Source: Gnetum montanum (taxonomy: Eukaryota; Plantae; Gnetophyta). From it: a stretch of 64,000 bases of DNA. The position numbers and the translations under genes were made by a program. The notes beneath the pieces were generated by a model, which worked only from the letters and a program-made list of their open reading frames with translations, had not been told where the DNA came from and ran no database searches. Positions 50,115 to 62,259 of the stretch are shown in pieces (within the stretch, counting starts at the first letter, position 1; the number at the start of each line of letters is the position of its first letter). Location: the NCBI GenBank assembly GCA_015680685.1, contig MNCI01002119.1, positions 62,001 to 126,000 of the forward strand. Reading direction: 5' to 3'.

Positions 50115-53100
50115 TTAGGTGTAATACGGCTTCAGGTACAAGTGGTTGACAGGATTGGCAAACTTGTTATCATCTAAAGAAGCAAGCTTGAAGGCTCCAT
50201 TTTCATACACCTTAGTAACTAAGAAAGGCCCTTCTCAATTATCTAAGAACTTGTTTGCGGGCTCGCGAATGGCCTTGAGGACTAGGTCCCCTTTCTTGAT
50301 TAGGCATTGGTGTAGATTTTGGTGATGCTTTTGTCATTGCTTCTCTTGGTACCACTCAATGCAATCAAGCATTTGGATGTGCTCTTCCTCTATAGAGTTA
50401 AGATCAATGGTTCTCAACTCATTGTCTTGAGCCTCATCCATAAAGCTCAATAGGATCATGCGAAGTGAAGGGACCTACAATTCAAGAGGCAATATTACTT
50501 CAAAGCCATACACAAGACTATATGGTGTTTTACCTATTGTGGTTCTACATATTATGTGATAGGCCCAAAGTGCATAGACTAATTGTTCATGCCATCATCG
50601 CTTGCTATTATTAAGAATCTTCTTTAGGAGGTTGATGCTGACCTTATTGGTAGCTTCTTCTTGGCCGTTTTCCTAAGGGTAGTAAGGTGATGAAAATAAT
50701 TGTTTGATGCCAAATTTTTCACAAAAAGCCTTGGTTTTTGCATTGTTAAACTATGGCCCGTTACCTATGACTATAGTCATGGGGAGACCAAATCAGGTCA
50801 CTATGTTGTAAATAATGAATTTGCAAATTTGCTAAGATGTGGTCTTCCTAAGGGGAATAGCTTCTACCCACTTCATAAAATACTCAGCTATTGTAATAAT
50901 GAAGTTTTCTCCTATGGAAGACTTAGGCATTATAGGCCCTATGATGTCCAACCCCCAACATTGAAATGGACACATGATTTTCATAGTATGCAGTTCAGTA
51001 GGTGACACATGCATTAGATTCCCATGCCATTAACACATGTTAGATGTTTTGATCTTGGAGATGTAATCGTGCTTCATGTAAGGCCAATAGTAACCTAGAT
51101 GCTTGATTTTGTTGCCATTTCCCTAGGAGCTATATGCCCCCCACATAGTCCCTCATGGACTTGGTCAACAATCCTTTGTGCTTCACTGCCACTAACACAA
51201 GTTAATAGTATCCCATCATAAGATCTATGACATAAGGTATTGTTACCTATGAGGACGTACTACCATGATCATTTTTGCACTATATCCTTTTGGAAAGGTG
51301 TTATGTTTTGTGGGGGTTCTACCTATTGGAGGTATGCCTTGATGTCATCATACCATTCCTAGGCATGAGGTGTACTTATGGATGCAATACTTTTTGTGTG
51401 GATTATAGGTTTAGTGCAATCCACTATTGAAGAGAGAACATATTTGTCAATATGCTTAAGGCTAAAGTAGCTAGCACATCAACTGTGGAATTTTCATTGT
51501 AGAAGATATGTTGAAAATCTATGGTTGTAAATTGTTTTAGTAAGTGCTTTGCCAAATCACAGTAAGGTTGTAAGTGTTATGCTTTACAAGCATAAACCTT
51601 TGTGACTTGGTTAATGACTAGCTGTGAATCACCTTAGATTGCTATATTTTAAATGCCTAACTCCTGAGCTGCTAGAATGCCTCTACAGAGACCTTTGAAT
51701 TCCACTATGTTATTTGTACAAAGAAATGCAAAGTGTTATGTGAAGGGTAGGATCTCTCTAGAGGGAAATGTGATAATAGCAATGGTGCTACCACCTTGTG
51801 TGGTCAAAGCACCATCAAAGTGTAAAATGGCCTCGAAATCTTTAGGTACTGCGCTTATACTGCTAACATGCTTGTCTGGGAACTCTGGATCTATTGTTGC
51901 CTAATCATCTATGGGAGAAGCCGTGAGTTGCGTGGCTATTGCTTAACCCTTTGTGAATGACTACACTATGTAATGGAGGTCAAACTCCACAATTATTGCT
52001 TTCCACCTAGCTATTTTGCTACTTTCATATATGTTGGTTGTAATGGCCCTAAGTATTTTACTCTTGCAAATGATGTTGACTTGACTACAGAAGAGGTAGT
52101 GTCTCCATTTTTAAGTGTAAATACTAAGGCAAGATAGTTTTTTCCCACATCATTATATTTTTCCTCGTGTGCTATTAGCACATGACTTAAGTAGTAAACA
52201 TGAGTCTTAGAACCATCATCTTTCTTTTGACAAAGCAAGGAAGTAATGGAAATATCTAAGGTTGCAAGGTAGATGTAGAAAGGTTTATCTCTTTGCAGAG
52301 GATAGACAATTGGAAGGTGAGCTAGCTCTCTTTTTAGGTTGTCAAATGCTTCTTAGCATTGATTAGTCCACTCAAAGTTGACTCCTGTTTTGAGTAGGTG
52401 TTACATTGGGTGTAACTTATCAATCAACCTTGCAATAAACCTACATATGAATTATATTCTACCTTACAATCCATGTAGCTCCTTAACGTTTTTTGGTGAT
52501 GCTAAGTTGATAATATCCTAGACCTTATCGAGGTCTATGCTTATTCCTATTTCTGATACTACAAAGCCTAACATGCGACTAGTTTTAACACTGAAGACAC
52601 ACTTATTTGGATTAAGGTGAAGGTTATGTCTACAACAACATTTAAGGACAAGGTTCAAGTCATTTGTTTGGTCATGAGCTTTCTTGGACTTAACCTCTAT
52701 GTCATCAATATAGTCATTTAGCATTCTAGAAGATAGTCACTAAAGATATAGGTCATGGCACATTGGTATGTTGCTATAGTATTTTTTAACCCAAAGGGCA
52801 TCATTATATAACAAAATTTCCTCCAAGGGGTCATGAAAGTAGTAGTAAGTTGGTGTTCTGGGTTTATGCGAATTTGGTTGTACCCTGAGAACCTATCCAT
52901 GAAGGATAACAATGCATGACTAGCCATAGTATTGACAAGTTGGTCAATACTAGGCAATGGAAAATCATCTTTGATGGTTGCCTTGTTCAAGTCTTGGAAG
53001 TCTATGCAAATGTGTATACCCCTAGTTTTCTTTGGGACAACCATGATGTTTGAAACCTAGTCTGCATAGTCGACTTCCTGGATGAACCCAGCTTGGTAAA

Positions 53101-53586
53101 CTTTAGTGATTTCATCACAAATGACCAATGCGATTTTTGGCTTGATTTTATGAGCCTTTTGTTTGACTGGTTTGAAATAAGGATATAAGATAATATTATG
53201 TTATATTATACATGGGTCTAAGCCTGGCATATCTTCATAAGACCACACAAACATCTTGACATTGTCGTTAAGGACTCTAGAGATACTCTGTTGGATTTGA
53301 GGCTCTAGTAAAGAGCTAAGCTTCAATGTTTTGGCCTCACTTTTACATGTTGTTACAAGGATCTCTATGAGTGAATACTTAGTCCCATCACATGCTTCTA
53401 AGTCTAAAGCTTGGACTAGATGTTCTGGCTAGTCTAGTGATGTTTCTAAGGATGCTATGTTGGTGTCATGAGGTAGTTCAAAGTTCAAAAGTTCCATGTT
53501 CATGCATCTCATGAGTTTGCCATAAGGTCCAATCAAGGTTAAAGACAAATAAAGATTCTCGTGTATGCTCATTTTCCCAAGAGATC
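50115..53586 (-). pseudogene. pol remnant (RT-RH-aRH-INT) of element F
   Basis: ORF-track pieces 52718-53044, 52518-52724, 52011-52238 and 50832-51014 plus read-through motifs; many stops. Confidence 0.92.
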
Positions 53587-55616
53587 CTACAAAATAACTA
53601 GAAAAATGTCAACTGGCACCTGTCTAATAAAGCAAAATGAAGCAAAATGCATAAAATGAGGAAATTAATGCTATAAAAATTAACTATGTAATATTGCAAA
53701 ATTTCCAATTTAAGGTCTTAGTGAACCATGCTATGCATAAGGTGTAAAGCTAAGAAAAACTTGAAAGGCTTGAAGTGTGGGGCTAAATGAAATGTTCATC
53801 TGATAGGCAAAAAATGTATAAAAAATTCAAAGTGTGAAAAGTTGAAAAAGTTAGAAATTTTTTTCTAAATCTAGGTGTTATACTAAACAGGACATGGGAT
53901 GTTCTATGTTACGCACAAGACATGGGATGTTTCATGTTACGCACAAGATAGAGCATCCCATGTTACGCATGGGACATGGGACGTCCCAGAAGGGTGACAT
54001 GTTATGCAACCCTGGAGGCTAAAAATAGGGGTTTATCCATGGTAAACCTATTATTTTCACTGTTAGAGCTAATAGTCCAAAGCATAGTGCAATTTAGAGC
54101 ATAGCATAGCACCTATAGAGCATGACAACCAATGAGCCAGAGCTTGATAGCGAGACAATGTTGTGTAGAAGCAAGTGTAGACACCTTGGTCTTGCCAATG
54201 TTAATGAATACAAACACACCCTGTGGCATCTTCCTATGGCATGCATTGAAGAGTACCAGGAGGCACCGTCTACTAAGTAAGCTATCATGCTATCTTCATG
54301 TTCTTTATTTGTTCCCCTTTTTGCCTCTTACACGTTTATTCCTTGGGGTTATGGGGGCAACCTACCCTGAGCAAGGACCACTGTTGGTGCCACCCCCACT
54401 ATGGCCAGCATTCCATGGCTATCATTGCCACTGTAGCCACCAAGCCATGGTTGCTGTCCTTGCCATGGCCATCATGTCATGGCTACTGCCACCATCATGG
54501 CTAGGAATGATGTGTTCATGATAAATTGCATATTATTTTTTCATTTCATCATTATTTTTTTCATGTTTTTTTGAGAAATGTTTTGATGGAATTCTACCCT
54601 GCGGTAGTGGATGAGGGTATTGTCGTGGATTTTTGAGTATTACGTGCCATGAGATGGGGCATGGTTTTGACTGTGTCCCATGCAATGGGACATGATGGGG
54701 ATGTTACACATTCTGCTTAGCGTAACACATTAGGAAGGGTTTTGGCACTTCATATTCCATGTCATGTAACAAGGATTTCCTATGAATCCCATGTGGTGGG
54801 ACGAGGCAAGGGTTCCACAGGCATCCTACATTGGCTGCCAAGCTCTAGGACATCCCCAAGAGCATAACCAACAAGTTGAAAACATTTTGAAAAATTTTGA
54901 GACTACCATTCTTCCATGTTCTAGTGTTTTCACACTCCATCAGAGCATAAACAATACCTAAAAAGAATTTGTGTAGTTGTTACACTCACTAGGAGCATGC
55001 GCAACACTTGGGAAAAATTTCACTTTGCTAGTCATTCCAAAAATTTCACACTCCATGGGGGCATGAAAATCACTTAGAAAATATTTCCTTTGGTTAATTA
55101 TTCTACAGTTGTTATGCTCTATGGAAGTGTGACAGACACTTAGAAAAAATTTCATTTAGCTAACTGTTCTACAGTTGTCATGCTCCATGGGAGCATGACG
55201 AACACTTAGAAAAATTTTGTATAGAAAATTTTTATGCTCTATAGGAGCATAACTAACACTTAGAAAATTTTTTGAATTTTTTTTGCATAGTTTATCCACT
55301 ATTTTTTTTATTTTATTACCCTCATTACACACTAATGTTTTCATTGTGAAAATGCAAGGTTATGCTGAAACCAGTCCTCATTGTGGTTGAACATGTAGGA
55401 ATATTGTGCTATATAAGCATCCTTGTGCCCAATGTCCCTACACCACATGCATGCATAGGAGACCAAGAGGTCTAGTTCCAAGAGGATGCACAAGAATTCT
55501 TGGAATTCTTGCTTCACCACTTCAGCATGATGATGTGGTTGCACTTGTTTGTTGAAGCAGCAAGCGTCTTGGTTGAGACATTATTGCCTAGGGCAAATCA
55601 AGGCATTTTAAAATTC

Positions 55617-58600
55617 ATGATAGATGGACCTATTGAGGGTGAAGGGGAAGGGAGCTCAAGTTAGTTCTTGAAATTCCTAAGACCCTTGTCTTGGATATGG
55701 GAAATGCTAGAGTTTAGATGCTATCATAAATACAATACTTTATTCATTGCTCACCATGTGGGCACAACCTTCCAAAGCCCACCTAGAACAATCTACTATG
55801 CTATAGGGTGAGTCCTATTGGGATGATGGAAATTTCATTTTGTTTGTTTTATGTGACTTAGAGTGCTTATTGTTGTTTTATCTATTGGCAAATTATTGAT
55901 TGATAAAGATGACCTTCGTGATAGAGAAGGGGCATTAGCCCTAGTCCAAATAGCACTATGAGAGTTCTCATTTGCTGAGAACATGCATGTTGGTGTCATA
56001 GAGCAACTTGGGACAGATATGAGAACTTACTCAACCAAGTACTTCAAATCCTATGTGAAGTGTCAAGATCTCAAGTGGTTAGATGGCGAGTGGGCATCCT
56101 ATCGGATACCCACTATGGAAGAAGTGTTAATCCAAGTACCACCATTTCCCACACCATTTGTACCAGGTAAGTTGTCATCCATTTAGTTTATTTTTGTGCA
56201 TGGATTTCTTTTTTTATTTTTTTTTATTTTTATGTTTCCATCACATTGCTAAATTTATTTTTTATTACAGTGGCTGCCAAGTCTAAGGAGATCATAGTGA
56301 GAATCTTAGGACACACTAAGGCCAATCTTCTTTTTAAATATGGTGAGGTTGATAACTCACAATGTTGGTTATGCCATGAGGCCTTAGCAATGATTACCAA
56401 AAATATTCAAGAGGCTAGACTAATGGACCTCTTTTTGGAAATGAACCCGAACATCCCAATAGTAGATATGATTGCCCTTGTTGACTCTTTTACATAGAGC
56501 ATCGATCGCTTTCACAAATGAGTTTACAATGTGTAGGTGGTGTTTAAGATCATAGATGATTTCTTTTCAAACCTATTTGGTGTCCCCTTTGAAGGTTTAC
56601 CAGTGGGAAAGAAACTAGTAAGGACCTGAACCATAGAGGGCATGTCAAATAATGGTTAGGCATTGATAAATATCGCAAGGAATTTTCATGAAAAAAGGTT
56701 AAATTGTTGGTGGTCCAACATATTTATCCCATCTTCTGGGCTCATGCTTTTCCCAAGGTGCTTTCCCACAGAAACATTCTTGGGATAGAGAAAGCTTGGA
56801 TCATGAGAGATGTGATGGAGGAAGGGAATCAATACAACTGGGCTAGATACCTTACGTATGGCTTATGGGCTAAGATGATCAAACTGCACAACAAACTTGA
56901 GGCATGTTCTCATGTTCATTTTGCATTTTTTATAGTGTTCTTGCATAGGTTTTCAAAATTTTTGGTGGTCTATGAAAACAAGATATGGATGATGCAAGAC
57001 TGCACCCCAAATATCCAAGTCATGGATTTGCTATATATTTCGCATGACTCAGTCACAGGACCCTCTGGAGGCTATTGGAAAGTCCTTTTCAATTATCACC
57101 AAGGACCAGGCAGGACCATCCTACCACATGCATGACACTCTTGGAGAGGATCCTCCTATAAACATGGGCAATGTAATGAGGGGGGCACATCTTAGTGTTA
57201 AGCTAGTGAAATCAAAATTGAAAATCAAAAATCCTCATCCTATAGAGGTGCCCACACACGTAATTGAAGAAAGGGGTAAGAGGTTATGCATCAGAGTTTG
57301 CAATGTGTGATCTAAGTTTGCTAGTAAGTATGCCTTAGTTAGCATATTTGCTGCTTCATTTCTTCTTTTTTTTCATATATATGTTAGATAGGTTCTCTAA
57401 CCCTAGCTTATGCATTGTAGGCAAGGAGTAGGCCCCTGCTGCAAAAGAGGAGGCCCCTGCTATAGAAGAGGAGGCCCTTGCTATAGAAGAGGAGGCCTCG
57501 GTAGAAGAGGAGACTTTTTAAAAATGTGTTCCACAGCCTGAGGGACATATGAAAATTGAAGATGCTACACTTCTAAGGTAGATCAAAGAAGAGGGGCTGT
57601 GTTTCGAGGACAATGAATTTGATGATTTTTTTGACAGTGTGCAGATGGGTGATCCACCCACTCTCACCCCTAAGGGTTTGTTGGGTAGGAGTTTTGCACT
57701 ACCATTTATATTATGCTCTCACTTTCCGTCTTTTCTCTCATCCTCTTCTCTTCTCTTTTCTCCTTTTTTTCATGATGCTAACATGCTTTACCATGTAGCA
57801 GGTGATGCTTCTGCTAGATATCCTAAATCTTCATCCACTTTCCACTTACAACTGTGGGTGGAAAGCCCAAACAAGTTTGCCTTTATGTAGGGTATAGTGG
57901 ATGATATGATTGATTGTTTAAAGAAAATAGATCCTAATATAGGTATATTTGGGCTGTTGCATTTTTTTATGTTGTTTCATTTTCACCTTTGTCTTATAAC
58001 TAACATTTCCTCTCTTTGATGTTATAGCCTCACAACTTAAATGGGACCCAAGAAGGGCAGTCAAAGTTGAAGCTATGCCTAAGCTCCCTCTTGAGGTAGT
58101 AGAGGTGCCTTGTCATATATATGATGAGGCAATAAAATGCACACTACACTTAGCACGATTGTTGTGGGAGTGTAGGCACATCAATGAGGACCTCTAGAAG
58201 AGAGTTTAAAACCTTGAAAAAGAGAAAATAAGCTAGAAAGCTCGACTAGAGGACTTGCAATCGTGATATGACTTCCTGATGGCCTACGATAAATTAGATA
58301 GTAGCTGGTGCATGGCTGTGATTGATTATGCTAGATATTGGTCGACCGTGAGGTGAAAAATGAAGCTACATGTAAGGTAATCAAGAAACATCTATAGATG
58401 CTCAAACGAACCAAGACTAGAAAGATTACAACACCAAGGTGTATGAAAGGAGGAAAGCACAAAAGAATCACAAGTATCAGTAAAAAATAAAACATTTTTC
58501 CTACAAAAAATACAGAGATGAGTTTGTAGAACACCAAAGTCATGAACTATTCCTTGATGCAATCAGTGCTACCTAGACTTATAATAAATTTTCAAAGCAC

Positions 58601-58993
58601 CTGTTGGTCAGTGAGTCCCTGGAGAGGGAAATGACCATGCCTTCTGGGGAAGCCACATCTACTACGTTTTCTCTGGGGCCACTCATATGGATGGTCATGG
58701 AGAAAGGGAAGATCCTAACAGGTGTTGACTTAGGGGAGGAGGATTGGGAAAATATGATAGAGGAGGAAATCCTCTTATGCTTGGAGTCTAGCCTCAACAG
58801 AAAGCCACCAGACATAGATGCGGTCCCATCTCAGGTTGGTTAAGTTTACTTTATTATGATTTATTTCATGATAGCTTCATATGTTATCCTACTTACTGAT
58901 TAGTTTATTTTTTTTTCTTTGGTTTGTGCAAGATCCAGATGAAGATGCAAGACCTAGTAGAGTAGTGGATAAAGATAGAGGAGAGGAGTTGTA
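55617..58993 (+). pseudogene. Degenerate multi-exon gene with plant-mobile-domain (aminotransferase-like)-like region, EEAPAIE repeats and a coiled-coil-like part
   Basis: Short T-rich GT-AG introns 56167-56270 (frame-preserving G|TG), 57324-57420 and 57943-58027, plus probable introns from 55808, ~57676 and 58835. Motifs ALVDSF..F..LFGVPFEGLPVG and YNWARYL. AATAAA at 59101. Confidence 0.6.
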
Positions 58994-59159
58994 GTCTATA
59001 CATTGATGTTTTAAAATGTTTGAAATGTAATCCCATTGTTGGGAAATTTTGTAACTTTGAATGTGGACATAATTTGGACTATGTATTTTATTTACAATTT
59101 AATAAAAAGCATGGTACTTATTTTATTTCTTTTGCTTTAGATTTCTGTTGATGTAATTA

Positions 59160-59400
59160 GGCCCCTTGTGGGCCCGATGCAATAGTTTAAGGTCATTTCA
59201 GGCCATGCTATAGTTTAAGTCCATTTGGGGCCATGGCTAGTTTAAGGACATTTCGGGCTATAGTTAATTTAAGGCCATTTTTGGCCATGATGTAGTTTAA
59301 GGCCATTTCGAGCCATGGATACTTGTAAGAGGGAGTTGTTTGCTAGTTTTAGGCCTTGGTAGGCTATGTGATAGTTTAAGGTTATTCCAGGCCATGCTTC
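59160..59400 (-). repeat. ~28-bp tandem array of GGCC-loop-GGCC hairpins followed by ttaaacta
   Basis: About 8 copies such as catggcccgaaatggccttaaacta (minus); two copies at 39375-39430 in C. Confidence 0.8.
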
Positions 59401-59560
59401 TTTCCATTCTTTTAGATTTTTTTTTCTGATTAAATAAAGCATAACTAATCAAAAAGTAAACATAATGCAAAATCAAAACTATATAGAAAAAAGAACTAAA
59501 GACAAGTTAGGAAAATGGGTAAATTAGGGACATGACCTAATCATGTAGATGTTTCCTAAC

Positions 59561-62240
59561 CCAATGTGGGTTAGGTGATGCGTAAGGCTTGGAAGACTTA
59601 AGGTAATACTCTTCTAGGCTGTCATCTACCATTGAAAAAGGCAATTCTACCCATAGAGTTTCTTCGTGAAAATCGTTAGTTTTGCTTGGTTCACTTGCTG
59701 AACAACATTAGGTTTTGTTGCAAATAGGTGGTGCATCTTCAGAGACTTATATCTTTGACCCTTGCTTAGTGTCTATATTGTTGATAGCCTGAGGGTCTAT
59801 GTCATCACCAAAGATCACCACTTCTCCACCCACATAGGATAGGTGGATCTCTTGGTGGATTGGTGAATAGACAATCGTTAATTGGGCTAACCAAGATCTT
59901 CTTAGGATTAGATTGAACCCAAGCATCTCCTCTACCATGATGAATTCTACATTAGTGGGTAATGGATCCCCTACCATGAAATCAATGGTGACTATTCTCT
60001 TGACCATGATGCATGCCCCATTAAAGGACTTTAAACAAGTAGTTGTTTTTGGCCTGATTTGGTCCACTAGGCCAAGCTTGTTGACAACAAGGAATGAGAT
60101 AACATTGGTTGCAACCCCATCATCTACATGCACCCTAAAAATCCTGTACTAATCCACATGAATTATTATGAACATGGGGGTAGTAGTTACTTGTCCTTTT
60201 TCAAGGTTAGCTTTAATGGCTTCATCATGAAAAGTTAAGAATGTTGGCCATGGCTCTTCAGTCGTAGGTAGAAGCATCATGGCATGAATGGCCTTTTCTT
60301 CTACTGGCATGTCTTCCTTAACAGGAATGGATGCCAACATATGAATCAAAGCCTCATGATGTGTAGAAGAAGTCATAATTAGGTCACACAAGCTCAAAGT
60401 TGTATTCTTCTATTTCAAATCCTTCTTGACCTATGCAATTGCATCTAGAAAATCTTTCCCAGCATATGGTTGTTTGGTGGTCCTTATTTCCTCCACATGC
60501 CCTAAGAGATGGATTTCTCGAGGAGGAGGAGGCATGGATTTTCATTGAACAATGGGTTTCTGAGCCTCAGTGGTTGGTTGTTACACATATGTGTTTGTGA
60601 TAGTGGCATTGGTTAATAGGACTATGGGAACTACTAATAAGGGGGTGGGCTTAGGAGGGCCTAGTGTAGTGCATTCCCTAGCCATCTTGTTAGCTAGGTG
60701 CTCATCATGTTTCCTTGAGTGAGAAGGTTGTGATGTAGTTCTAACCACTGGACTTTGGGAAAATGGAGGATTTGTATGTTTTAGCACCCTTATAACAAAA
60801 TGTGCTTGGGTTGTTACCACAACATGCTGCAGGGCCCTAACCATGAAAGGTGTCATAGGTGCCTGAGATGGTACCTTGATGAAAAAGGGAGCCTGTAGCC
60901 TAGTTGACATTGAATCTTTAACACCACTAGAAGACACACAGACCACAAATAGCTCATGTGTTATCTCTACATCATCATTAATGCTAATAGCATTAATGGT
61001 GTATCCTGTACTACTAGTGTTCAGTGGGTCCTTATAGACATTCATAGATTGGTTCTCTAGCCAGACAAGACTATTTTCATCAAGGACCAACTTACCTTGA
61101 TCAATCATGCGTTGGATATCATCTTTCAACACTAAGCAGTAATCTATGTCATGGCCACACAACTAGTGGTAGTTGTAGAATTGATCCAGCCTAAACTTTT
61201 TAGGTACTAGAGGCTCATTGGGCATAGCTACAGAGGGGTTTCGGAGGATCTCGCATTACCTCTTGTAACATTTGTGGGCATCTTCTAACATTTTCTTATG
61301 TTGAATGCACCTAGCACTCAGTAGTTGATCCAAATTTTTTGATGGATTAATTGGAAAAGGGGTATATTTTGAGTAATCTTTGCACTCAAAGTTCAACCTT
61401 GGTGGAGCTTGCACCATGGTCATTGATGATGTGAGTTGGTTGGTTCCCATGTTGCTAGAGCTTGACATTTTTTTGGGAGTGGTCAAGGCCTTAAGCACCT
61501 TGGTAGCCTATTTTTTGTTGTTGGGCTTGGTTTCATTAGCCACAGTAGCCACAGTGGTTGTCATGGCCTCCCCCTTTTCCTTGTGTATTTTTGCATGTGC
61601 ATTCTAATAGGCCATGTAAGTTGGGTCTTTGCTAGCCTCATCTTGTATGCTTTTTGTTTAAGCAAAGGCTTGGCTAAGGGAGCACGGGGCTAAGTAATAT
61701 AGCTTGGATTTATTAAAATCACTTACGGTGCCCTTAAAAATGGCTAGGAAGTAGGTTTCAGCAATGGGCTCATGAATCTCCTTTAGAGAAATACTCCAAT
61801 GTTGTATGAATTTCTACATGGGTTCTAGTGCTTCTTTCTTAACATTCATGAGCTAGTCTAGCATGGCTTCTGACTTGAAGGTGTACTTGAAGCAGATTAC
61901 GAACTAGCTTAACAACTCCTCTAGAGTTGAAATGGAAGTGCAAGGGAGCGCACAATACCAATCTAAGGCTTTGCTAGTCAAAGACATGGAAAATACATGA
62001 ATGGCCATGTGTGGTCATGGCTGTAGTAATAAGGACTCAGAATAGAACGTGACTAGGTGGCCATTTGGGTCACCCTTTTCATTGTATTTCATAAATTGGG
62101 AAAGCTAGATTCTAAGAGGCAGTGTAAGTAGAGAAATGATGGTGCTAATAGGGTCATCCTGATAGAAGTCCATTACGTGGATGGTTTCAGAACCAATGTC
62201 TTTAAGCTACTTAACCTCATTAGTGAGGGTTTGAATAAAC
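59561..62240 (-). pseudogene. gag-protease remnant of element F
   Basis: ORF-track pieces 61256-61498, 60581-61162, 60149-60397 and 59747-60133 are homologous to the gag-PR of D and C. Confidence 0.88.
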
Positions 62241-62259
62241 TAAAATGCTACCTTAGCCC

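Larger units (their letters stand above)
48864..62240 (-). mobile_element. Tat/Ogre-like element F, truncated at both ends: gag, PR, intron with nested insert, RT, RH, aRH, INT, 3' region
   Basis: gag ~62240-61000; PR VHVDDGVATN ~60130-59800; RT VWSYEDMPGLDP..DLNKA..MPFGLKN..YIDD ~53260-52500; extra RNase H FDG..CTNN..GDSQLV ~51830-51450 between RH and INT (Ogre/Retand layout); INT ends LKPYYT* at 50115. Confidence 0.92.
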
